Shown here: positions 1 through 10,855 of the stretch, piece after piece | Position numbering within the stretch: position 1 is the stretch's first letter | Layout of the letters: every line of letters starts with the position of its first letter | DNA from: Octopus bimaculoides | Lineage: Eukaryota | Reading direction: 5' to 3' | Assembly (NCBI RefSeq): GCF_001194135.2 | Contig: NC_068996.1 | Coordinates: 51,033,897-51,069,549, forward strand | DNA: 35,653 bases | The notes under the pieces: generated by a model | What the model was told of the DNA's origin: nothing | Databases searched by the model: none | What the model saw: the letters and a program-made list of their open reading frames with translations, nothing else | Program-made: the position numbers and the translations under genes

Positions 1-354
1 GCAGCTATCCTCCTCCATTCTCACCACATGTCCATACCAGCGCAATCGTCTCTCTTGCACGCCACAACTGATGCTTCTAATGTTCAGCTTTTCTCTCAAG
101 ATACTTACACTCTGACGGGTATTCACATTGACATTACACATCCAACGGAGCATACTGGCTTCATTCCTTGCGAGCTTACGTATGTCCTCAGCAGTTACAG
201 CCCATGTTTCACTGCCATGTAGCATGGTTGTTCGTACGCATGCGTCATACAGTCTGCCTTTTACTCTGAGTGAGAGTCCCTTTGTCGCCAGCAGGGGTAA
301 GAGCTCTCTAAACTTTGCCCAGGCTATTCTTATTCTAGCAGCTACACTTTCAGC
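1..354 (-). mobile_element. RTE-clade LINE fragment (C-terminal part of the RT-containing ORF), 5'-truncated and running off the window start
   Basis: The minus frame is open from 354 to 1: AESVAARIRIAWAKFRELLPLLATKGLSLRVKGRLYDACVRTTMLHGSETWAVTAEDIRKLARNEASMLRWMCNV...RRLRWYGHVVRMEEDSC. The GSETW and RLRWYGHV motifs are typical of RTE LINEs. It is absent from the ORF track because no stop falls inside the window. Confidence 0.9.
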
Positions 355-355
355 A

Positions 356-576
356 ATGATAATAATGGTTTCAAATTTTACCACAAGAGCAGCAATTTTG
401 GGTTAAGGGATGAATTGACTACATCGAGCCCCAGTGTTCAACTACTGCTTATTTTATTGACCCCAAAAGGATTAAAGGCAAAGTCGACCTCGGTGGAATT
501 TAAACTCAGAACGTAACGAAGGGCAAAATACCACTAAGCATTTCGTCTAGCATGCTAACGACTCTGCCAGTTCACC
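356..576 (-). mobile_element. tRNA-derived SINE (family C, Nin/Deu-like central domain)
   Basis: The minus strand reads GGTGAACTGGCAGAGTCG (A-box-like), GAGTTTAAATTCC (B-box-like), then GTCGACTTTGCCTTTAATCCTTTTGGGGTCAATAAAATAAG. An (AAT)n run follows at about 581-613. Related pieces occur at about 31200-31300, 33685-33820 and 35365-35465. Confidence 0.7.
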
Positions 577-844
577 ATCTTATTATTAATAATAATAATA
601 ATAATAATAATAATGAAATGCTTAGCTGCTGCTTTGCTTGTGGGACAACATGTGTTGTGTGTTGTCTGTTTTGATATTACGCTGCTGTCATACTTCTGCT
701 GTTCTTATGAATTTGACCAATTATTTTTCTTGATTTTCAAAGGTCAAATTTGTTACTTTCACAATTTCTTTCATTAGATTTGACTTCTCTCTTTCTCTCT
801 CTCTCTAAATGTCAGGAGGCACAACCACTTACACATGATGGATA

Positions 845-897
<53 letters not shown>

Positions 898-919
898 ATA
901 TATAGTGTGTATATATATG

Positions 920-950
<31 letters not shown>

Positions 951-1274
951 TTATGTGTGTATATATAGACTAACCCATTACTATTTTCATTAAATCTGTT
1001 ATTGGTTTATGAGGAATTTGTTAAATAAGTGCCCTGATGATGCTTTCTAATGGCTTCTGTCAGTCTGGATTGAACATGTATATGCACCTGTGTTTAGGAT
1101 ATATAATATTTTGTATATCCAATCTAAAGCAGTGAGGGCATGGATGATGAAGTTGATGGAGTATCAGTCTAGGATTGCTTAGTCAAAGATTCTAATTCCT
1201 GTCCTGACTTACTATGTTGTTTTCATGGCCAGGAAACTTAACCCTCAACAGTTTAGCTCTAAATGCACTTTCAG

Positions 1275-1620
1275 ATACTGAGTGGATGGACAGAGAACAA
1301 ACTGCCAGTGACCAGGATCGACCAGTCCAGTTAGTGAACTACTGCTATCAACTGAGATCCTGGTATGCACAGACGAGATGTTTCAGTTAGTGAAAGACCA
1401 GTGTGACTTAATACCTAGGCCAGAAATTCATGCTTCATTGCTTGATCAAGACGTGTGGAATGGAGGGGTTACATTGGTCTGGGCAAATCACCTGACAGGG
1501 ATAGATGGATGGAATATAGCATCAATGTTCACTGCTCCAAGAAGTGGGAACACTTTTTAAATGCTTCATTAGCTTGCAGTGTTGAGTTGAGTGGCTCTTG
1601 TGACTGGAGAAGACAAGTGT
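1275..1620 (+). mobile_element. Highly decayed RTE-like LINE 3' fragment
   Basis: Broken frames give QLR(S)WYAQ and EWRGYIGLGKS...KKWEHFLNA, loosely like the RTE QLRWYGH...W...KW..LLNA tail. There are many frameshifts. Confidence 0.35.
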
Positions 1621-1849
1621 CACCACCACCATCATTGTAATGTCTAATTTTCTATGCCTGCATGAGTCAGGTGGAGTTTATTGCGGTAGATTTTCTTATA
1701 TGAGATGCCCTTCCTGTTGCCAACTCCCACCTGTTTTTCCAAGCAAAGTAATATTTCCTCGTGGCCAGACATGCTTTCACAGAATACCAGAAACAAAGGA
1801 CCAATTAACACTTGGTGTCGAGGAAGGAAAAACTAACACACACACACAC

Positions 1850-2008
1850 AATGGACTTCTTTCAAGTTGTGTTGACTAAATCCACTCACAAAGCTTTGAG
1901 GGTCCCACAGTAGAAGATACTTGCCCTAGGTGCCACACAGTGAGACTGAACCTGAAACCATGTGGCTGGGAAGCAGACTTCATAACCATGCAGCCAAGCC
2001 TGTACCTA
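1850..2008 (-). mobile_element. SINE family A, 5' (tRNA-like head) half
   Basis: Matches the near-complete copy at 25145-25541 (aaatccactcacaa...agtagaagatacttgccc.aggtgccacacagtg.gactgaacc...ccatgtgg). Confidence 0.75.
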
Positions 2009-2334
2009 TTAGAAGCTAATACGAAACCTTACTAGTATGTTCCTTCTATTAGTCCTCAGTAGTGTTTCTAATGACATGATGATGCTTACACTGAACGTCT
2101 GCTTGTCCTTGGATACATTTACCATATTATAGATATATATTTTAAAGAAGTTTTTGATTGTTCATGTGGTGTAGAAAATCTTTTATAATGTTATGTATGG
2201 TATACAAGTTAGGTAGAACGTTTTTATGGGCATGCTTTTTATATGTGCAGGCAAGCATCTTGGACAAATGTTTTCTACTATGGCTCCCCTTGTACTGAAT
2301 TTTATGGGTGGAAAGTGTGTGGAAACCTACCATG

Positions 2335-2545
2335 TATGGTGTGTTTGCTTGTCAAGCACCAGGGGTGGGGAGGGAAACAAACAGTGTTCGTTTATGTCCC
2401 TGTAACATAGCAGTTTGGTAAAAGCGACAAATAGAATAAGTACATGGCCAAAAGAAATGGATCAATCTATTTGACGGAAACCTTCAAGGCAGATGCTCCA
2501 GCATGGTTGCCGTCCAGTGACTGCATGCAAGTAAAAGATAAAATT
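2335..2545 (+). mobile_element. SINE family A, 3' half, in the opposite orientation to most copies
   Basis: Reverse complement of the 25145-25350 segment (gtttatgtcccc.taac.tagc.gtttgg.aaaag...aataagtac...gatgctccagcatgg...caagtaaaagata). Confidence 0.6.
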
Positions 2546-2959
2546 TAGTCAAAATTAATTTTTGTTATTCTTTCAAATTCAAATTAATTGGTCTAAGTGT
2601 CTCAATTTCAAACTTTGTGTGTGTGTGTGTCTGTTTATAATTTTAGAAATAGAGCACTGATATTCATCATCATCATCATCATCATACATCTGTATTCCAG
2701 TGTCGTATGATGGTTGTTGTATTGGGTGTGCTGCCTCACCCTGTACCACCAAATTTCACCCAGGGGTATTACAAAAGATCTGTTATTAAATCAACAAAGT
2801 TAACTGGGGTTCAGTATTGAGGGAGGTGATTTTGTGCCGGGTGTTGAGTCTAAAATAGGGGTGGGGGACAGGAAAAGGTGTCTTGCTGCAGAAGAGATAA
2901 ATAACTACCCCAGCAGGAAAGGAAGAAAGTATGTTAGAAATAAGATATTAGGGCACAAT

Positions 2960-3200
2960 AAGGTGCCCTTGTTTCTCCACCCTTGTTGTTTGATTTGGCT
3001 TAAAGAATCCATCTTGTGATTCTTTCCTCATGGCAGTCTAATCAAATGTCCATAAACCAGAGCTGTGGCCTCTCAATGTGCAGAAATAGTAGTTCAACTG
3101 TGAGAGAGACCCTGATCTCCGAGCATTTGCTCCCTGTCGAAATATGTTACTCCAGAGATCCTTTGGAGGAAGAACTCCAGGCCCCTTGTGTTTGTGATTG
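2960..3200 (-). mobile_element. Decayed RTE (Rex3/Expander-like) LINE fragment
   Basis: Minus translation with a frameshift: EFFLQRISGVTYFDRE...EIRVSLTVELLFLHIERPQLWFMDI. This resembles the FLRRVAGVT..DR...EIRE.L.VEPLLLHIERSQLRW.GH segment of RTE ORFs. Confidence 0.55.
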
Positions 3201-3327
3201 TTGACTATTTATTATTGTATGAAATGTTTTTTTGTTTTTTTATAAGCTTCAAAACTTTCTTTAATAATATATATTCAGTTCAGTTTGTCATGACATTTTG
3301 TTTTTTTGTTTATTTTCTCCTTTGAAG

Positions 3328-3403
3328 GAATCAAATACATGTGATATAATTCCACAAAACTCAGAGAAGACATTGGCAGAATCTGAATTTAAACCACAAT
3401 CTG
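3328..3403 (+). CDS. CEP170: Small internal coding exon, probably of the CEP170-like gene
   Basis: Acceptor tttattttctcctttgaag|, donor |gtaagt, 76 nt open (ESNTCDIIPQNSEKTLAESEFKPQS+G). It ends in phase 1 and completes the GAG codon with the phase-1 start of the 6516 exon. The gene assignment is inferred from phase and position only. Confidence 0.65.
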
Positions 3404-3951
3404 GTAAGTAATTCTTTTATGCAGTTGGTTCTTTTTTGTCTGCTGTTTTTTTTTTTATTGCCTGTGATCGTCTTCGATGCAGTCATGAGTAACCTACAGC
3501 TTGTAGGACTTTCTGAATGGCTCACCTATGCAATCACAGGCAACTTGCAACTTGTGGGACTTACTGAATAACTCACCTAACGAAAAATTACCCTGAATTT
3601 TTTTCTAGTAGTGCAGACCACCTGATATCTCGTACGATCCCCTTCTCAAAAAATCTTGCCCATCCCTGATCAAAGATTTATATCAGAAAGACAGATACAT
3701 TTGATCATCATCATCAGTTTTTTTTTTCTAAACTAGTAAGGGCTGGATGGTTCAGTGTAATACTGAATTGTCACTGCATTCATTTTCCTTGTCTATAACT
3801 GTAACAAACCATATGATCTCACCACAACTTCACAAGTTTTGTCTTGTCCCTTTGTATGCTGTGGTTACCTCCCATCGATATCGCATGGCTCCCACTACAT
3901 TGCACACTCAAACTTGAATATGAACAAGGTGTACTGGAGTAAATTTCTACC

Positions 3952-4177
3952 TTAATCCTTTTGCATTTAAACTGGCCGTATTCAACCAAAATATTCTACC
4001 TGTTTAATGTTCAAACCAGCCAGATGTGGCCTCACGCATTAACCCAACGAGCCTACAAAACTAAACAATCACATCATCGAAATCTGAAAGCTATGAAATT
4101 AATGCACAATTACTTCAAAACAATGTGAATAAATAAACATTACATTTGACAGAGTTGTCTGAATATTACAGGGTTAA
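3952..4177. mobile_element. piggyBac-type MITE (family P2), degenerate
   Basis: TTAA-(T)CCTTT...CAGGG-TTAA ends. The interior matches 28334-28503 and is the reverse complement of 12893-13099 and 16281-16480. Confidence 0.6.
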
Positions 4178-4279
4178 ATTTCTGAAAAAGCAGCAGATGT
4201 TCAGGACCTTCTCATGTGGTTCCAGTGGAAATTGAAACCACATCACAGTCTTGGCTTGCTTGGATTCTTGCTTTATGCC

Positions 4280-4971
4280 TTAACCCTTTTGATACCAACC
4301 TGGCTGAAACTGCCTCTGGTTCTGTAGTACAAGTGTCTTGTTTTCAAAAGTTCTGAATTAAAATCTTCCACCAAACCTTAGTCACAATTTATGTTCCTAA
4401 TACTTAATGATAATTAAGTTATTTTACTAAATTCTTAGATTAAAATATTGAATGAAACGCAGAGCATCTCAACAGAAAAGCGTTAACAAAAAGGTTAACA
4501 AATGATTATTTTAACCCTTTTGATAATAGCTTGTCTGAAACTGCCTCTGGCTCTGTAGTACAATTGTCTTGTTTTCATAAGTTCTGAATTAAGATCTTCC
4601 ACCAAACCTTAGTCACAATTTATGTTCCTAACACTAGCTGAATGACAACTAAAGTTATTTTACTAAATTCTTTGTTATATTTAAAATTAATTGAAAGAAA
4701 CACAGAACATCTCGACAGAAATATGGTAACAAAATGGTTAAAATATATAATAGAGAAACAATTCTTAACCCTTTTGATACCACCCTGGCTGAAACTGGCT
4801 CTGGCTCTGTAGTACAAATGTCTTGTTTTTATAAGTTTTGAATTAAAATCTTCCATCAGACCCAAGTCACAATTTATGTTCCTAACACTAGCATAATGAT
4901 AACTAAGTTATTTTACTAAATTCTTTGTTATATTTAAAGTAATTGAAAGAATACGGTAATGAGAGGGTTAA
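4280..4971. mobile_element. Three head-to-tail piggyBac-type MITEs (family P1): 4280-4498, 4511-4741, 4765-4971
   Basis: Each starts TTAACCCTTTTGATA and ends GG(G)TTAA. They share the interior ctgaaactg(c)ctctgg.tctgtagtac...aatcttcca.ca.acc..agtcacaatttatgttcctaa. The spacers are 12 and 23 nt. Confidence 0.85.
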
Positions 4972-5371
4972 AAGGCAATTTTGATAAGACGTGTTAAACT
5001 TTCTGACTTTATTTAACTATGATCAAAATGTGATTATTGTTGACTCTGTTGTTATTGAGCCCAATGTCTGATATTATTCAGTAAACATGTAAACAAAGAT
5101 ATTCCATTTGGGACCATTCTGAATTTTTCTTCAACTAATTAGCATCATTTTTGGAGGTTGTAGGGTGAAATTTGAGGGAGATTTGGTTGCTTTTCCCAGC
5201 AGTTTGAGTAACTGCACAGGTTAGGTTTGGGAATCTTTTATCACTAATGGAGGGAATTGTGATGTTTCTGTGTGTTGAGAAAAATAATGAAACTTTAATT
5301 TTACTAATTGATAACGATGTAATTCATTTGTTAGTTTGATTTGAATGCGTAAACTGTCTTACCATCCACTA

Positions 5372-5600
5372 CCATCATCCCCATCATCATTTAACATCCA
5401 TGTTCCATGCTAGCATGAGTTGGATGATTTGACAGAATCTGATGAGTCGAAGATCTGCATTGTGCTCCACAGTCTGCTTTGGTATGGCAGCCACTTCACA
5501 GTATGTACTAAGTGTTTCCTCTTGTGACACCAGCACTAGTGAGGTCACCAAGTAACTTGCAAGACAGGAGAAGAAAAAACCCTCTACCTCATGAAGTTTA
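5372..5600 (-). mobile_element. SINE/LINE-tail family B (RTE-like 3' end with (ATG)n tail)
   Basis: catcatcatttaacatccatgttccatgctagcatgagttgga... matches 9823-10160, 19145-19296 and the + strand copy at 34985-35249. Confidence 0.6.
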
Positions 5601-5729
5601 TAAACTTTGTCAGCAAGTGATTTGAATGTGGGCAAAATTTTTCTAATATCTGGCATGGAGATTTCTTCATTATCTTGAAAATAATGTGATTGTGCAATTT
5701 GCACAATAAGAAATACTTGAAATACTTGT

Positions 5730-5923
5730 TCTCCTTTTTTGTGTTTTAGTCATTGGACTGCAGCCATGTTAGGGCACTGCCTTGAAGGGTCTAGTCAAGC
5801 AAATTTGATCCCAGTACTTATTTTTTAAACTATCAGTCTTTTCTTGAGCCACTAAGTTATGGGGATATAAACCAACCAATACCAGCTAAGTAGTGGTGCA
5901 GAACAAACACAGAAAACACATAC

Positions 5924-6003
<80 letters not shown>

Positions 6004-6411
6004 TGGTTGTCTACTTCTTACACAGTTTGACCTTAGCCCTTTCATGGCGTCTGATGTGGCTTTTTAAACCAGACAATGTTTTGAAAAAACACCCACACAG
6101 ATTGCACCTCTGATTTGAACTACCAATACCTGCAGACAAGTTCTGCTCATTGTGGATCCTAACATGTCTTTTAAGACCCCCTTTGGATTTGCAAGCCCTC
6201 TGGCACACACCACGTGTGCACAGACATATAATCAGATATATATATATATATATATATATGACTGGCTTCCATCTAGCAAATCTACTTGTAATACTTTGGT
6301 AGGCTCAGGGCTATAGTAGAGGACACTTCCACAAGGTGCCATGGAGTGGTACTAAACCTAAAACCATGTGGTTGTGAAACAGACTTCGTACCACATAGCC
6401 ACACCTGCACC
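5730..6411 (-). mobile_element. SINE family A interrupted by (TA)n and a zinc-finger-coding insert
   Basis: The 3' half lies at about 5730-5920 and the head half at about 6260-6411, both matching 25145-25541. The central (CA)/(TA) linker contains the 6001-6235 insert. Confidence 0.75.
6001..6235 (-). mobile_element. Insert encoding two C2H2 zinc fingers; probably the 3' end of a non-LTR retrotransposon
   Basis: Minus frame: CTRGVCQRACKSKGGLKRHVRIH (CX4CX12HX3H) and CNLCGCFFKTLSGLKSHIRRH (CX2CX12HX3H), with a stop at 6011-6013 and (TA)n on both sides. LINE origin is inferred. Confidence 0.6.
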
Positions 6412-6515
6412 AAAATATATATTTCATAATGCTTATCTTTAGAATGTTGCATCTTTATTGATTTTCATTTTGAACAATAAATTAAAAATGAATTTGTTTC
6501 TCTTTTTCTCTACAG

Positions 6516-8098
6516 AGTCAAGTGGATCATCTCCATTGGTATCCAAGCCTCCTTTGGGATGTCCAAGAAAACGAGCGGGTACAGGAAGAAAACTGCCTTC
6601 ATTACCCGCTGAATCTGGAGTGCCTCCAAGCAGCAAACCTCAAAAGCAAACTACTACTCAAAAGAAAGAGGAGAAATGGGCCTCCTCTGATGTTAGCAAG
6701 AAACAAAAATCGTTTTTAACTTCGAATCAGAGCAATGGTGGTAATAGAACTACAAGAAGTAAAGTTGACACAGACCATGATACGGGTAGATTGTTAAAAG
6801 ATACAGAAACTGCCATGGCTGCTCTGGAAGCTAGAGTGTCGAATCCTAGCATATCACAAGGCACTGATGGGTCTGAGTCAGATGTTTCCTCTAATACAAA
6901 CTATAATTTTAGCAAAAACAGTGCACTTCGCTCTAGCAACAGGAGCCTTTCAGATCAGCCCAGTAGTCGAAAATCGTCATTCTCTGATAATGCAAAACCA
7001 AAAGCTTCATCCAAAAATATAATAAATTCCAAAGAGAGGAACCCTCCAATTCAAAGAAATTATTCTAAGGGAAGTGAGAAAGGGTCAATAAGTTCAGATA
7101 TTACAAGTGAATCTGAAGCCCTTGAAACTATGAGCAATAACTCTGACTTTAGTTTGGAATGTGGTAGTGAAGGAGATGGTTATAACCGCCGTGGCTCCAA
7201 AGGTAAAGGTGGCATTTCTATGACCAGACCAAACAGAGCATTCCAACTTAGACAAGCAAAAGCTCGTGGTGCTGAGGTAGTGGATAAACCCCCACCTCAT
7301 TCTGGGAGTGGTAGGGGAACATCATTAAGTAGTACAGTTTCTAAAGCTAGTATGGTTAAAGGTAAGGTTAAAAGAGTCAATTCTGTAAATTTGCCTGCGG
7401 AAAGATTATCAGAAACTCAAAGGAGTACTGGTCTTAGCACAGAATCCATCCACAAAAGTTATGAAAACATTAAAGGGAGTTCAAATTTCATGAGAACTGA
7501 TGGTGGACGGTACAGTCTTAGAGTCAGACGGTCTGCTTCTACTTCGACTCCAAGAAACTCCAATGAATCGCGTATAAGATCAGATTTAAAATCAGCCAAA
7601 TCACAGCTGAAAGCTGCACATAGCACACCCGGACTGAATATTGTCAGCCTTTCTAGTAAAAGTAATTCACAGCCGACTAGTCGTTCAAATTCTCCAAGAT
7701 CTGTTGATAAAAGTAATCTGAAGCGACGTAAAGAATTTAACCAACGACAGCAGAAATCTTCAACGGGCAATTTGAGTTCAGGATCTTCTACCGACACGAA
7801 AAACACAAAAATTCAAGTGTCAGCATCTAAAGCTGAATGTTCTGAAGTGTCAATAAATAGTCGAATGATTCGATCTGCATCTTTGGAGTTGTCTAAATAC
7901 AAGAACTCTGTAGATGCAGTCTCTTCACAAAAAAGTTCATCTAGATCGTATCGAGATGTATCCAATATTGGTGAAGATCGTATTAAAAGTGGTTTTGTAC
8001 CTTACAGTGGACTAGGAACATTCCAAAGTTGCCTTCGCCATCCAGACGAATTTGATTATGGAAATGAAGAGAGGTTACTACTTCCGAAATCTATGCAG
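6516..8098 (+). CDS. CEP170: Large (1583 nt) internal exon of a centrosomal protein of 170 kDa (CEP170/CEP170B)-like gene; Ser/Lys/Arg-rich and probably disordered
   Basis: Open frame between acceptor tttctctttttctctacag| and donor ATGCAG|gtattt (phase 1 in, phase 0 out). Its motifs RKLPSLP, DTGRLLKDTETAMAALEARV, SESDVSS and RPNRAFQLRQAK are collinear with human CEP170 [35 protein letters not shown] and RPTRTSLLRRAR as recalled. Needs BLAST confirmation. Confidence 0.78.
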
Positions 8099-9134
8099 GT
8101 ATTTTTTTTGTTTGTTTTTTTAAATTGTGTTGCCCTTCCATTCAAGTTTTACCTCCATTTATTACGTGTTACTCATTTATTAGTTGCTTCTTGTTATGGG
8201 AATGTTAACAGAGTGAAATTTTAACTGTTTCCATATGTTTTGTTGCTGTCAGTTATAAGGCAGATGAAATTATTGGTCATCAGAAACATTTTAAATGCAT
8301 TTTTCTACAAGTCTTTATGCTTTCTTTATTTTCAGTGAACATTTTCGGAAAGTCCTGTTTTTTTTAAAAAATTATTATTTCTTTCCATTCTCTTCCTCTG
8401 CTAGCTCTTTTCTACTGTTTCTCTTTCATTATCTTATGGCCTCTTGTTTTTTTTTGTTTTTTTTCATCTTATTCTTTTCTTCTCTTACATCTGCTTTTCT
8501 CATTTTCTTTCACTTTTTTCTCTCTTCTTTCTATTCTTCTCTCATTTTTCCTTCTGTTACCAGGTTCCATAGAGTTGTAAGCTACAAGGAGCTTGGTAAC
8601 ATGCAAATGAATTCTGAGAATGGAAGTTTTATTTAATCGTTTATTTATTTTCATGAAATACAAGCAAATGATACTAAGAAGACAGTATTTTCTGTTGAAA
8701 AAAAAAAGAAGAATCAATTCATTAATGAAATTATTTCCTTGATCATTTTTGTATTTTTTTAAGGGAAAGAATCCTAACATTTTCATCAAACAAGCTTTTT
8801 CCAACATTATAAGAAAAAGTTGCAACATTGTTACATTTCATTTGTTGTTCATGTCTTAAATCACTTTCAGTGTTGACTACTATGGCTGTTTTAAACACCA
8901 AAATTCAAGGTAACCGGTGGTAGGTCTGTAGAGCAAAAAATCAGGAGTGTGTTAACATTCCCAGCAGGCAGGCTCTTTTTTTTTTTTTTCTGCTCATACC
9001 TCACTAACATTGTCCAGTTTTGAAACTTTGTTTAACTTTAATTACTTCAATCATCATCATCATCATCATCATCATTAGTCATCATTTTCTGAATCATATT
9101 GTGTCATCTTTTATGATTATACAGTCGTTTTGGG

Positions 9135-9245
9135 TTAAATACCTGTGCACTGGACTTTAGACAGGTGTCTTCTATCATAGCCTTTGGTTGACTAAATGCT
9201 TTGTGAGTGAAGTTTTACTGAGAGAAAATATGTAGAAGCCATTAC
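9135..9245 (+). mobile_element. SINE family A head fragment, + orientation
   Basis: acaggtgtcttctatcatagcctttggttgactaaatgctttgtgagtga...tagaagcc is the reverse complement of the family A head segment and is followed by (GT)n. Confidence 0.5.
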
Positions 9246-9771
9246 GTGTGTGTGTGTGTGTGTGTGTGTGTTGGTACTTTGAATAAAAATACCTTGTGGC
9301 ATTTAACCCATCTGAGCTGCCCTGATATCTTCTTTGTTATTCTCTTCATTGGAATGGAATTGCAGTGAACCTGCATTTTATAATGTTATGAAAGAAAAAT
9401 TTAAGGATTAGAAGTAGAAACCTTAAGGCATAGCAATCAGAAATTAAATAAACGGTCAAATGAAAAAAAAAAAGATCTATTAACATGGCAAAAGACTGTG
9501 TGTGTGTGTGTAATCTTACATTGACATAAAGCGTAAGAGTTGCACCTTTGATGCAAGTCTGAAATGCTACTCTGATGTTGGAAATTGCAAATTTTACACA
9601 AAACCCACTCAAAGGTTTTATTGTTGTGAAACCAGGATTTTCTACACCTGAAGAATTTTGGTATTAGCCCGGAATCTGACAATGTTGATAGCCCAGAGCT
9701 TGTGTTGAGTGCTGCATTGAAAATAACATATCTTTCTTCCCTACCAGGACCTTATATGCATACATACATAC

Positions 9772-9812
<41 letters not shown>

Positions 9813-9822
9813 AAACATATAT

Positions 9823-10160
9823 TCATCATCATAATCATTGTTTAACATCCATTTTCCATGCTGGCATGGGTTGGACAGTTTGACATGGAGTTGTCCAGCA
9901 GTGGAACTGTTCAGACTACAATTGTCTGTTGTGGCATGGTTTCTATAGCTGGATGCTGCCCTTCCTAATGCCAACCACCTTACAGTGTGTGCTGGGTGCT
10001 TTTTATGTGGCACTGGCACCTATAAAGGGCAAACCTACATGTATGGAAGACAGTAATTTTACTTAGCTTGGCACATCTTTTCAAGTACAGCTAATCACCA
10101 CATCTCCCGGTCCCTTGTCATTTCCTCAATGAGGCCCAATGTTCGAAGATCCTTATTATG
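9823..10160 (-). mobile_element. SINE/LINE-tail family B
   Basis: catcatc...gtttaacatccattttccatgctggcatgggttggacag...ctggatgctgcccttcctaatgccaacc...gggtgctttttatgtggcactggcac; reverse complement of 34985-35249. Confidence 0.75.
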
Positions 10161-10444
10161 AAATTAGAGGTTTCTTATAGATCAAAGTAAGGACTATAAA
10201 GAAACACAAATATATCCTGGATCACTAATCAGTTTTACCTGAACAAACATTCACCAACAGGCTATTAGTAAATCTGTGTAAAAATAAGAGATTAATTCTT
10301 TGAAATTCTTCAGTGTAAGAGTTATCCAACTTGAAATTTATTGACTAGTTTTGTCTATTTCTTTGATGCCAATGAAAATTACTTTTTTTTTCCTTTTCTT
10401 TTTCTCTGATAGTTCAAAGCTTGTTTGATAGAATCATTAGATGT

Positions 10445-10855
10445 CTTTTATCTTTTATTTCTTTCAGTTGTGAACTTTGTCCATGCTGGGGCACTGCCTT
10501 GAAAGAATTTAGCTGAACAGATCCCCCCCCCCCCAGTACATTTTCTTTTAAGACTGGTACTTATTCTATTGGTCTATTTTGTTGAACCACTAAGTTACTG
10601 GGACATAAAAAAACCAACACACTGGTGGTCAAAGGTGGTGGGGCACAAACACAAGCACATTATATACACGCATACAGAATACATGTTTGTTTATGTGTGT
10701 GTATGAGGGAATGGGCTTCTTTCAGTTTCCACCAGCCAAATCTACTCACAAGGCCTGGAGCTATAGTAGAAGACACTTGCCCAAGGTGCTACGCAGTGGG
10801 GCTGAACCTGGAACTGTATTTGGGGAACAAACATCTTACCATGAAGCCACTCCTA
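10445..10855 (-). mobile_element. SINE family A, near full length
   Basis: Collinear with 25145-25541 over both halves. Confidence 0.75.

Noticed and set aside
1275-1362. Candidate exon (tttcag|...CTG|gtatgc)
   Set aside because: Its open frame is phase-incompatible with the 3328 exon, and the region looks like a decayed RTE fragment.
6011-6208. Independent host C2H2 zinc-finger gene
   Set aside because: It has no ATG, promoter or splice context, no TGEKP-type linker, and it is embedded in a SINE between TA repeats. It is treated as a mobile fragment instead.
7459-7806. Antisense 115-aa ORF (and 7094-7300)
   Set aside because: These are shadows of the sense exon, with no independent motifs.
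6458-8224. 588-aa single-exon gene as given by the ORF track
   Set aside because: The first about 19 and last about 41 codons are low-complexity intron-like sequence (FLFF, FFLFVF) outside canonical splice sites. The supported unit is exon 6516-8098.
8295-8828. Phe/Leu-rich 'membrane protein' ORF and its Lys/Arg-rich antisense ORF
   Set aside because: Both are translations of the polypyrimidine tract.
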